From the NCBI RefSeq assembly GCF_000011325.1, contig NC_003450.3, positions 2,340,001 through 2,372,000 on the forward strand: a stretch of 32,000 bases of DNA, given 5' to 3'. The notes under the pieces are model-generated. The model saw nothing but the letters and a program-made list of their open reading frames with translations. It had not been told where the DNA came from and made no database searches. The position numbers were made by a program, and so were the translations under genes. Origin of the DNA: Corynebacterium glutamicum ATCC 13032 (lineage in GTDB: Bacteria; Actinomycetota; Actinomycetes; Mycobacteriales; Mycobacteriaceae). Positions 16,864 through 25,587 of the stretch are shown one piece after another (position 1 is the first letter of the stretch; each line of letters opens with the position of its first letter).

Positions 16864-18134
16864 GTGGGCGTTGAAAGGGGCAAGGTCTCTGCCAAGGCAC
16901 TAGTTGTCTGGTTGACGGCAATGTGCGTGTACATCGTGGCCATTGCTGGTCGAACATCATTTGGTGTCGCCGGAGTGCATGCGATCGATCGCTTTGATAT
17001 CGACGCCTCCCGGTTGGCCGTGTTCACTTCTGTTCAGGTTGGAGTCTATGTTCTCGCGCAGATTCCCATGGGCATGCTGGTGGACAGGTTCGACGCCCGG
17101 AAACTCTTGCTGGCTGGCGCTTTAATTTTGGCAGCTGGCCAGCTCATTTTGGGTTTCACTGATTCTTATATGATCGCCATTTTTGCCCGAGTGCTCATCA
17201 GTGTTGGCGATTCTTCTGCATTTTTGTCCGTGATGCGACTGTTGCCCAACTGGTTCCCGATGTCTTGGACACCTGTGTTGCAGCAGCTCACGGGCGCTTT
17301 TGGCTTTGTGGGGCAGTTTTCTCCGCGGTGCCGTTTTTGCACATACTCAACACCTTAGGGTGGACAATTCCTTTCGCATCCCTTGGCGCGGTAGGCATCA
17401 TCGTGGCGATCGCGGCGGCCATCTTGGTGCGCGACGCTCCTGCAAGCAGTGAGCCTGTGAGGCGTGGGGAGGCGTCGATAAGCATCGCTTTTAGGCTTAA
17501 ATCCGTGCTGACCAGCCTTTATTGCTGGCAGGGCGTGTTTAATCACTGGGTGAGCATGGGACCTGTGATGGTATTTTTGCTACTGTGGGGCACGCCGACG
17601 CTGACGCTGGGGCTGGACATAAGCAGCGGCGAAGTGGGCACGGTTCTAACGATTTTCGCCGTCGCAACCGTGATCACCGGTCGCTTTCCGGCATCGTGTC
17701 GTCGCGGCTAGGGGGCCAGGCGCGGGATGATTGGGTTTGTCACGCCGATGATTCAGGCGGCGTTGTGGATCGTGCTCTTTTTATTCGCTGATCGCCTGTC
17801 CAATCCGCTGGTTTTTGTCAGCGCCATCATGTTCGCGATTTCCTTTAGCTCCCCCGTGGCGAACTTCGGTTTCGATACGATCTGCGAAAAACTCGACCGC
17901 CGCGTCATGGTCGCCGGCACCGGCATGGCCAACATGAGCGCCTACATTTGCGCGATGCTGGCCACACAAATCATCGGATTTTTACTCGACTGGAACGCCG
18001 ACGGCCACGCCTACACCTGGTCGAATTTCCAGGTGGCGTGGCTTGGTCTGGGCGCGGTGTGGCTGGCAGGCATGATCGGGCTTGCAGTCTGCCTCCTGCT
18101 GCAGCGTCGAAAAAATATTGCTTTTCGACGCTAA
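16864..18134 (+). pseudogene. MFS transporter paralog disrupted by three single-nucleotide frameshifts
   Basis: Three ORF-track fragments (16795-17358, 17265-17711, 17727-18134) align colinearly with the upstream MFS protein. The frame changes at the T-run 17317-17320, at about 17680-17684 and at the G5/CC run 17711-17717. An in-frame TAG lies at 17709-17711. Confidence 0.75.
18103..18132. other. Hairpin made of two inverted motif copies (AGCGTCGAAAA / TTTTCGACGCT)
   Basis: 11-bp perfect stem (18103-18113 with 18122-18132) and an 8-nt loop. It overlaps the last codons of the MFS pseudogene and lies 19 nt from the stop of the convergent gene. Confidence 0.8.
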
Positions 18135-18150
18135 AACCCGACCGTAACCG

Positions 18151-18633
18151 CTAGAAACGCGGACCGCGGTATCCCGGACCGAATGGTCCAAATGGGCCGA
18201 ATGGACCGTCATTGCGTGGACCGCGAGGGCCGCGTGGCCCACCGAAATCACCGTAACGTCCACCGCGGCGACCCTGGCCAAGGCCATTTACGATGCCATC
18301 AACGAAGCTTGAAATACCATCGCGGATCTCGTTGATAACCTCGTCGTTGATCTGGCTCTTGGTCTGTGCGCGGTAGTCCTCATCCTCATCGATCAGATCA
18401 TCTGCGTAGATGGGGCCGTCTTCGCGAGGGTTGTCGAGCTCAATTTCCGCCTCATCAAAGGCATCAAAAACATCATCAAACTGAAGGTCGCCGTCGAATT
18501 CAATGTTAAGGACTGTACCTTCAAAGGTGAGCTTCTCATCCGCATCAACACCCAACTGATGTGCGTAACCGATGACTGCCGAAAGTTCTGCGAATGTTGC
18601 ATCTGATAGGTCAATGGACAGCTTGATTGCCAT
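18151..18633 (-). CDS. Acidic hypothetical protein with Gly/Pro/Arg/Phe-rich C-terminal tail
   Basis: The start is taken at ATG 18633 (MAIKLSIDLSD...), giving 160 aa. The core is rich in Asp and Glu. The tail reads GRRGGRYGDFGGPRGPRGPRNDGPFGPFGPFGPGYRGPRF. No domain recognised. Confidence 0.65.
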   Translation of the reverse strand: MAIKLSIDLSDATFAELSAVIGYAHQLGVDADEKLTFEGTVLNIEFDGDLQFDDVFDAFDEAEIELDNPREDGPIYADDLIDEDEDYRAQTKSQINDEVINEIRDGISSFVDGIVNGLGQGRRGGRYGDFGGPRGPRGPRNDGPFGPFGPFGPGYRGPRF

Positions 18634-18769
18634 GGTGGAATTCCTAACTTCCTGTCGAGTACCGAAGTGTGCTTTACACCCGAGACTACGTACCATTTTC
18701 CAGCCCGTAAACCACTTAGGGGCAAAGATCAGGGAACTCCCCGACTCTTCGCCAAGACTTCACCTTCGG

Positions 18770-19417
18770 TTAAGCAAGAGCCTGAAAAACTTGCTGATTA
18801 AACCTGAACGCATCAGATGCTTCATCCAGCAACGCAGCACGCTCCTCTGCTGTTAATTCCAAAGCATCAAGCTCTGCACGGTAATTATCCTTGTACGGTT
18901 TGAGCTTGCCAAGATCTTCAAAGCAGTAGAAGCTCAACGCCTCTTCCGAAACTCCATATTCCCTGTTCACCAGACGTGCAATAACCTGCCCACCGGACAA
19001 ATCACCCAGGTAGCGGACATAGTGATGAGCAACCAAACGAGGGAAATCCTTGGCCGCTTCGATGCTTTCAAGACGTTCCACATAAGACGCTGTCGCTGCA
19101 GTGGCCGTGACGTTGTCACGCCAGGTGGTGTTTTCGTGCAGCTTATCCAGATCAGCTTCCAACGTTTCCTTGCGCTCGAGGCGTGGGTCCAGCAGACCAG
19201 CCGCACGGGAATCCTCTGCACATGCACGAGCTGCAGCTTCCAAAGCGGTGTAGAACAACCATGATTGCTCCTGCAACTTGATAAATGCCTGCGCATCGAG
19301 CTTCCCGGTGAGCAGATCATTCATAAACGTTGAGTGCTCGGCCTCTTCATGGGCCTGCGCAGTGTGGGTGCGCAGCGCCTCCGATAGGTCGCTGTTGCTT
19401 GCAATAATGCTTGTCAT
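18770..19417 (-). CDS. hmuO: Heme oxygenase
   Basis: The ATG at 19417 ([32 protein letters not shown]...), preceded by AAAGGA, gives 215 aa. The proximal His region and HO fold motifs ([12 protein letters not shown]) are present. Confidence 0.9.
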   Translation of the reverse strand: MTSIIASNSDLSEALRTHTAQAHEEAEHSTFMNDLLTGKLDAQAFIKLQEQSWLFYTALEAAARACAEDSRAAGLLDPRLERKETLEADLDKLHENTTWRDNVTATAATASYVERLESIEAAKDFPRLVAHHYVRYLGDLSGGQVIARLVNREYGVSEEALSFYCFEDLGKLKPYKDNYRAELDALELTAEERAALLDEASDAFRFNQQVFQALA

Positions 19418-19537
19418 AGTGGTGTCCTTTGTGAGCCTGCGTGGCCGCAACCGCGGTGTTATCCCGGTCGCTGCCAAGCGGAAGTTAATCTGCGTCTAGA
19501 TTCCTCAGAGAAATCCTCACGCTCACAAAAGATTAAC

Positions 19538-19556
19538 TTAGGTTACCCACACCTAC
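19538..19556. promoter_or_regulatory. Candidate DtxR (iron) box upstream of hmuO
   Basis: TTAGGTTACCCACACCTAC against the recalled consensus TTAGGTTAGCCTAACCTAA, about 14 of 19 by hand count. It lies roughly 120 nt upstream of the hmuO start. Confidence 0.55.
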
Positions 19557-19611
19557 ATATAGTCCCTTAGTTGGAACAATTTTCCGCAACTTTGGGGCTC
19601 CCACCACCTAC

Positions 19612-22600
19612 CTAAAACTCACGTTGCTCCATAGAGTCCACACCCCAGAAGACTTCATCAACAACCTGACGACTCTTCCTGGTCACTTTCAGATAGTTTT
19701 CCAAATACTCCTGGTACTCATTTGGATCCCAACCAGACGCACCAGCCACCTGCGCAAGGTGCGGACCAGGAGTAGGTAACTGATCTAATCTCTTACCCCT
19801 GACCAGCACAAGCGCATTCCTAGCAGCCGTTGCCGTCAGCCACGCTTCCCGAAGCGTCTGCACCTGCACAGGGTTAATAATCTGATGCTTTTCCAGCACT
19901 TCAAGAACTTCCAACGTCGACGTATTGTGCAGCTCCGGAATCTCATGAGCATGCATCATGGTCAACAACTGCACAGTCCACTCGATGTCAGTTAACGCTC
20001 CCCGACCCAGCTTGGTATGGGTATTTCGATCAGCCCCGCGCGGAAGCCTCTCATTATCCACCCTCGCCTTAATTCGACGAACTTCACGAAGCTGCGCCTG
20101 CGTTGCCCCGTCAACTGGGTAGCGGAAACGATCAATCGACTCCAAGAACTTAATACCCAGCTCACGATCACCAGCAACCCACGCAGCCCTCAGCAGCGCC
20201 TGAATCTCCCAAGTTTCACCCCACTTTTCGTAGTACTTCACATAGGAATCAACGGTGCGCACAATCGCACCAGATCTCCCTTCAGGACGCAGCCCCAGAT
20301 CCACCTCCAAAGGTGGATCACCGGAAGGCTGCGCAAGCCTCGACCGCATGGAATCACAGATAGCAATAGACCATGTGACGGCCTCATGCTCTTCCACACC
20401 GGCTACCGGCTCGCATACAAACATCACATCGGCATCAGAACCGTATCCAAGTTCTGCTCCACCCAAACGGCCCATGCCGATCACAGAAATATTGGCCAGA
20501 GGCTGATCTGGTTTCTGTGGATCGTTAAGTGCAGCACGGATTTCCGCATCCAAGGCAGCATCCAACACCGCATCCCAGACTAGTGACAAGCTTTGGCATA
20601 CTTCCTGAACAGTGAGCATGTTGAGCAAATCAGCAGAGGCAATGCGTGCCAGCTCCTGCCTCCTCAGCGATCGTGCAGCCTGGATCGCCCGATCAGGTGA
20701 CTCATGACGCGACACCGTTGCCTTGATTGCTTTCACAACCTGAGTCGGTGCAGTAGCAAGCAATTTAGGACCAGACGCCGCATCACCCAGCTGTTTCATA
20801 AAGTCCGGAGTGGAGATAATCAGTTCAGAAATATAGGGAGAATTTCCCAAAATACGCATCAACCGCTGCCCCACTACGCCCTCATCACGCAGCATGCGCA
20901 AAAACCAGCTGCGATCATAGGAAGCATCAGAAAGCTTGCGGTAATTCAGCAATCCCGCATCTGGTTCAGCTGTTTGAGACAGCCACTCCATCAACGTGGG
21001 CAGCAACATCGCCTGAATCTTGGCTTTACGGCTAGCTCCTGATGCAAGAGCAGTCAGGTGTTCATAAGCACGTGATGGATGCAGGTATCCCAATGCCGCC
21101 AATTGTAGCTTTGCAGCATCCGGAGACAACCTGATGGCATCCGCGCTCAAGTTGACCACAGAGTTCAGCAGTGGCCGATAAAACAGCTGACTATGCAACG
21201 ACTGAATCTGCAAACGAACCTTACGCAAATGCCGTTCCATAGCTTTGGCCGAACTTTGCTCCATCGAACCAGTAAACCCAGAAGCGCGCGCCAACCAGCG
21301 CATATTCATTCGGTCATCAGGTTTCGGTAACAAGTGAGTGCGCTTGATCCGCTCCAATTGAAGGCGATGCTCCAACAGACGCAAAAACTCATACGACTCA
21401 ATGAGATTATGCCCGTCTTCACGACCCACATATCCCTGATCAACCAACACATGCAAAGCATTTACCGTTGACCGAACCCGCAACGTCTCATCAATGCGAC
21501 CATGCACCATCTGAAGGAGCTGGACAGCAAACTCCACATCCCTCAAACCACCGCGACCAAGCTTCAGCTCACGATCACGCAAGTCTTCCGGAACATTGTC
21601 CAACACTCGACGGCGCATAGCTTGGACATCTGTGACAAATGATTCCCGCTGGCTAGCCGTCCAAATCAACGGTGAAAGAGCATCCACATAGGACTGCCCA
21701 AGGTTAATATCACCCGTCATGGGACGAGCTTTCAGCAGTGCCTGAAACTCCCAGGTTTCCGCCCAGCGCTTGTAATACGCCATATGGGAATCCAAAGAGC
21801 GCACAAGAGCGCCACTTTTACCTTCTGGGCGAAGTGCTGCATCCACCTCAAAGAACGAGTTGCTACCGATGCGAATGAGCTCTGCTGCGGTGCGTGTTGA
21901 TTTAGAGTTTGCCGGCTCTGCAACAAACACCACGTCCACATCTGAAATGTAGTTCAATTCCTGCGCGCCACATTTGCCCATCGCGATGACAGATAAAGCT
22001 GAATCAACCGGCTTTTCACCATAAACATTGGCAATTGCCACAGCTAAAGCAGCAGTCAAAGCAGCATCAGCTAGGTCGCTGAGCTGCATGGTCACTGTGC
22101 TAAACGGAACAGGATCGCCACCTTTTCTCCGCATGTCGGTGGGATAGGTACCCGCTAAATCATGCGCAGCAATCCGGGTCAGCAACGTGCGATAAGTCCA
22201 TTTCAAGACTCGCTCTGCTTCAGGCCCGGTAACACTAGCCGTGTAAAAACCAGGCGTGCTCAAATCGTCTCGGGCAATGTTGTGTGCATCGCTGAAATCC
22301 TCAACCTCAAGCACAGCAGGCTGAGCTTTCACAGATTCCAGCAGCGCCTGAAACATCTCTTCCCTCGATGGCGCATCAAGTTTTAAGAGTTTCCACTGCA
22401 AAGGATTGGCGACCAAGTGATCACCGACAGCCGAGGAACCACCCAACAATGCAAAAAGGCGGACTCGTAGTTTTTCATCCTGGCGAATCTCTTGATCAAG
22501 CTCGTTTCGAGCATCCTCGCCGATTGCTTCAAGTGCCTGATACAGCCGAATAAGAAGGTTCAGCGCGACATCGGGATCGCCTGCACCTGACAAGCCCCAC

Positions 22601-22749
22601 AACAAATCCAAAGACTCAACATTGCGCCAACCCAAATGCTCTAGATCTGCTTGGGCATGCTCAGATTTCAGCGATAAAGAACCAACTTTTGGCAGTGGGT
22701 CTCTGACAAAGCCAACGACTTTACGTTCACTTCTTAACGGTCCTGACAT
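19612..22749 (-). CDS. glnE: Glutamine synthetase adenylyltransferase/adenylyl-removing enzyme
   Basis: 1045 aa with two nucleotidyltransferase domains (GKCGAQELNYISDVDVVFV and GRLGGAELGYGSDADVMFV). A strong RBS (GAAGGAGGGGAG) precedes the ATG. Confidence 0.95.
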   Translation of the reverse strand: MSGPLRSERKVVGFVRDPLPKVGSLSLKSEHAQADLEHLGWRNVESLDLLWGLSGAGDPDVALNLLIRLYQALEAIGEDARNELDQEIRQDEKLRVRLFALLGGSSAVGDHLVANPLQWKLLKLDAPSREEMFQALLESVKAQPAVLEVEDFSDAHNIARDDLSTPGFYTASVTGPEAERVLKWTYRTLLTRIAAHDLAGTYPTDMRRKGGDPVPFSTVTMQLSDLADAALTAALAVAIANVYGEKPVDSALSVIAMGKCGAQELNYISDVDVVFVAEPANSKSTRTAAELIRIGSNSFFEVDAALRPEGKSGALVRSLDSHMAYYKRWAETWEFQALLKARPMTGDINLGQSYVDALSPLIWTASQRESFVTDVQAMRRRVLDNVPEDLRDRELKLGRGGLRDVEFAVQLLQMVHGRIDETLRVRSTVNALHVLVDQGYVGREDGHNLIESYEFLRLLEHRLQLERIKRTHLLPKPDDRMNMRWLARASGFTGSMEQSSAKAMERHLRKVRLQIQSLHSQLFYRPLLNSVVNLSADAIRLSPDAAKLQLAALGYLHPSRAYEHLTALASGASRKAKIQAMLLPTLMEWLSQTAEPDAGLLNYRKLSDASYDRSWFLRMLRDEGVVGQRLMRILGNSPYISELIISTPDFMKQLGDAASGPKLLATAPTQVVKAIKATVSRHESPDRAIQAARSLRRQELARIASADLLNMLTVQEVCQSLSLVWDAVLDAALDAEIRAALNDPQKPDQPLANISVIGMGRLGGAELGYGSDADVMFVCEPVAGVEEHEAVTWSIAICDSMRSRLAQPSGDPPLEVDLGLRPEGRSGAIVRTVDSYVKYYEKWGETWEIQALLRAAWVAGDRELGIKFLESIDRFRYPVDGATQAQLREVRRIKARVDNERLPRGADRNTHTKLGRGALTDIEWTVQLLTMMHAHEIPELHNTSTLEVLEVLEKHQIINPVQVQTLREAWLTATAARNALVLVRGKRLDQLPTPGPHLAQVAGASGWDPNEYQEYLENYLKVTRKSRQVVDEVFWGVDSMEQREF

Positions 22750-22815
22750 AGCTTCTCCCCTCCTTCATCGGGTCGCAATTGGGTCGCCGTAGGGTTTCCA
22801 TTGGAGTGCAAAAGT

Positions 22816-24156
22816 CTAGTAATCAAGATTGTTTCGGAGCTCCCACGGAGTGATCTGCTCTTGGTAGTCACGCCATTCACGCCACTTATTGCGCAAGAAA
22901 AACTCAAAAACGTGCTCACCGAGGATGTCAGCAACAAGCTCTGACTTTTCCATTTGGCGCAGTGCCTGATCAAGGCTGCTTGGCAGATCGTTGTAGCCCA
23001 TGGCGCGACGTTCCCGGAAGCTCAAGTTGGAGATATCGTCCTCAGCTGGCTCGTCGAGCTCATAACCTTCTTTAATGCCTTTCAAACCAGCGCCGAGCAT
23101 CACTGAAAACGCCAAATATGGGTTACAAGCGGTATCAGGAAGACGCACCTCCACCCGGCGCGACTCCTCCTTATTCAAACGGTAGGTAGGAACACGAACC
23201 AGCGCAGAACGATTAGATACACCCCAGGTTGCCGCAGTTGGAGCTTCGTTTCCGTACACGATGCGTTTGTAGGAATTGACCCACTGGTTGGTCACAGCGG
23301 TGAATTCTGGAGCGTGATGCAAGATTCCAGCGATGAACTGTTTTGCGGTTTTGGACAGCATGTAAGAATCGTCTGGATCGTGGAACGCGTTGGTATCGCC
23401 CTCAAATAAGGACATGTGCGTGTGCATGGCGGAGCCTGCATGTTCTTGGAATGGCTTGGGCATAAATGATGCCCCGACGCCTTGGTCCCTTGCCACCTGT
23501 TTCATGATGTAGCGGAAGGTCATGATGTTGTCGGCCATGGTGAGCGCATCCGCATGGCGTAAATCGATTTCTTGCTGGCCAGGTGCAGTTTCATGGTGGG
23601 AGAACTCGACAGGGATGCCGAGTTCCTCCAGCGCTACCATCGCGTTTCGACGGAAATTCGGCGCCTCATTGAATGTGGCTTGGTCGAAATATCCGCCGTT
23701 GTCAGTGGGCACAGGTGGCAGTCCGTTGGTGCGAAGGCTTTGCACCAAATAGAACTCAATCTCTGGTGAGATCATGCAGGTCAAGCCTTCATCTGCAGCT
23801 AGTTGGACCTGCCTGCGCAGCACTTGGCGCGGGTCAGAAAAAGATGGCTGTCCGTCTGGCATCGTGACATCGCAAAACAGGCGTGCTGCCTGCAGTTTTG
23901 AGATGCCCGCTTCTAGTGGGAGGACCTGGAATGTCGATGGATCTGGGCGGGCAATGGTGTCCGCTTCCGAGATACGCGCGTAGCCCTCAATGGCTGAGCC
24001 ATCGAATCCGATGCCTTCTTCCAACGCAGACTCTAGTTCTGCAGGAGCCACAACCACTGACTTCAAGTGGCCAAGAATGTCAGTGAACCATAGACGCACA
24101 AACTTAATGTCGCGTTCTTCAATGGCGCTGAGTACAAATTCCTGTTCGCTGTTCAT
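22816..24156 (-). CDS. glnA2: Glutamine synthetase-like protein GlnA2
   Basis: The ORF track gives 22816-24246 with a TTG start. The ATG at 24156 (MNSEQEFVLSAIEERDIKFVRLWFTD...) gives 446 aa. GS motifs are present (FDGSAIEGY, AGSAMHTHMSLF). Confidence 0.9.
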   Translation of the reverse strand: MNSEQEFVLSAIEERDIKFVRLWFTDILGHLKSVVVAPAELESALEEGIGFDGSAIEGYARISEADTIARPDPSTFQVLPLEAGISKLQAARLFCDVTMPDGQPSFSDPRQVLRRQVQLAADEGLTCMISPEIEFYLVQSLRTNGLPPVPTDNGGYFDQATFNEAPNFRRNAMVALEELGIPVEFSHHETAPGQQEIDLRHADALTMADNIMTFRYIMKQVARDQGVGASFMPKPFQEHAGSAMHTHMSLFEGDTNAFHDPDDSYMLSKTAKQFIAGILHHAPEFTAVTNQWVNSYKRIVYGNEAPTAATWGVSNRSALVRVPTYRLNKEESRRVEVRLPDTACNPYLAFSVMLGAGLKGIKEGYELDEPAEDDISNLSFRERRAMGYNDLPSSLDQALRQMEKSELVADILGEHVFEFFLRNKWREWRDYQEQITPWELRNNLDY

Positions 24157-24352
24157 GAAAACTAATCTACGCAGCGATGGGACATCGACTGCGCATTTGC
24201 CACTTTTATACTCCCATCGGGGGTAGTTTTTCTCAGAGTTACTCAAGGATGTCGCGGTTTTTTGATGACACGGGGGTGGGAGGTGTCCAGCTTGGGTGGT
24301 TCACTGAGAACCGCACCGAAATTAGAACACTCCTACGAATAAGGAAACCGCA

Positions 24353-25459
24353 ATGACTCTCTCCCACTTCTCCGACAACGTCACCGACGCACAAGACTCT
24401 TACCGTCAGATTTTAGAAGAAAGCATCATCAGCCACCTAGGTTTCTGTGCGCTTCGTGGGTGGACTCCCGCCGATCTCCGCCATGAGTTTTCCGCCGATA
24501 TTGATCCACTCCTGTTTCACGCGCTACCTGAGATTGCTTACTCCTGCTCCGATGAGATGTACACACTGTGGGTGAACGGAACGCGTGCCGCCGAAACTAG
24601 CCACTTGCCGGTGATGACCCTGGAGAAGATTCTCACCGAGCTACCGAAGCTAAGTACCTTGCCTGACTGGGCAATGCTCGCAGAGCTCCACGCCTTAGAC
24701 AATCAAGACACCAGCCCAATGACCCCGGCACAGGCCAAAGCGCATCATCGTATCACCGCACTTTTGAAAAAGGCAGAGTCCACCAACTTCGAAGAAGAAG
24801 CCGAAGCATTGATCCTTAAAGCAGAGACACTTCGACAGCAGTACCGGATTGAATCACTGCTGATTAATTCCTATGACCAAGATGTCCAAGCTCGATCTTC
24901 TACGATTCGTGCATCTCGGGTGTATCTGGAAGCTCCATGGATCCGACACCAATACAAACTGCTCAATGCCATTGCTCGGGTGCATTCCAGCGAAGCGCTG
25001 CTGATCACCAAATCTGGCATCTGCACCCTCTTCGGCGAGCAAGATGACGTAGCCCACATTATTGATCTGTTCAACAGTCTTAATCGACAACGTGCCCACT
25101 TCATGAAAACGTCAGCAGGTGCCCGAATTGCCCAATTAAATGGCGAAACAAGCTCATATCGCCGTAGTTTTATGATCTCCTACGCCAGCCAAATCTCTAG
25201 ACTTCTCATCTCAGCAAAAGAGGATGCATTCAACGAACTAGCTGGTCAGGCACCACTAGCTCACAGCGCCATCGTTCCTGTCCTAGAGAACAGAAGTGTG
25301 AGGTCAAAGGAAGCACTGAAGGAAACCTTCCCGAATATGCGGACAATGACCTTCAAATCGACCAACCGACGAGGCATTATTGACGGATTTAATGCTGCCA
25401 ATGAATCCCACCTTGGCGGGGAATCTGCCAGCTTGGAAGACTCAACATTCATGTTCTAG
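24353..25459 (+). CDS. DUF2786-domain hypothetical protein
   Basis: 368 aa with AAGGAA 6 nt upstream of the ATG. The central ITALLKKAESTNFEEEAEALILKAETLRQQY segment matches the DUF2786 signature as I recall it. Confidence 0.7.
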   Translation: MTLSHFSDNVTDAQDSYRQILEESIISHLGFCALRGWTPADLRHEFSADIDPLLFHALPEIAYSCSDEMYTLWVNGTRAAETSHLPVMTLEKILTELPKLSTLPDWAMLAELHALDNQDTSPMTPAQAKAHHRITALLKKAESTNFEEEAEALILKAETLRQQYRIESLLINSYDQDVQARSSTIRASRVYLEAPWIRHQYKLLNAIARVHSSEALLITKSGICTLFGEQDDVAHIIDLFNSLNRQRAHFMKTSAGARIAQLNGETSSYRRSFMISYASQISRLLISAKEDAFNELAGQAPLAHSAIVPVLENRSVRSKEALKETFPNMRTMTFKSTNRRGIIDGFNAANESHLGGESASLEDSTFMF

Positions 25460-25509
25460 AGCGGGTGAAAGCCCCATTTCCCGCGTAACATGAGGTGGGC
25501 AAAGACAAC

Positions 25510-25550
25510 ACAGGTTCCCTATGAAAACGGGGAACCTGTTTCACCTACTT
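25510..25550 (+). terminator. Terminator-like hairpin
   Basis: ACAGGTTCCC (25510-25519) pairs with GGGAACCTGT (25530-25539), followed by a weak T-rich tail. Confidence 0.55.
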
Positions 25551-25587
25551 TTTAATCACGCTTCACAATCACATAAGTCTTTAAAGG

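Noticed and set aside
18103-18132. Motif as a LexA SOS box
   Set aside because: The recalled corynebacterial SOS box, TCGAA(A/C)ANNTGTTCGA, shares only TCGAA. The spacing here (22 bp between outer TCGA cores) and at 8604-8623 does not fit.
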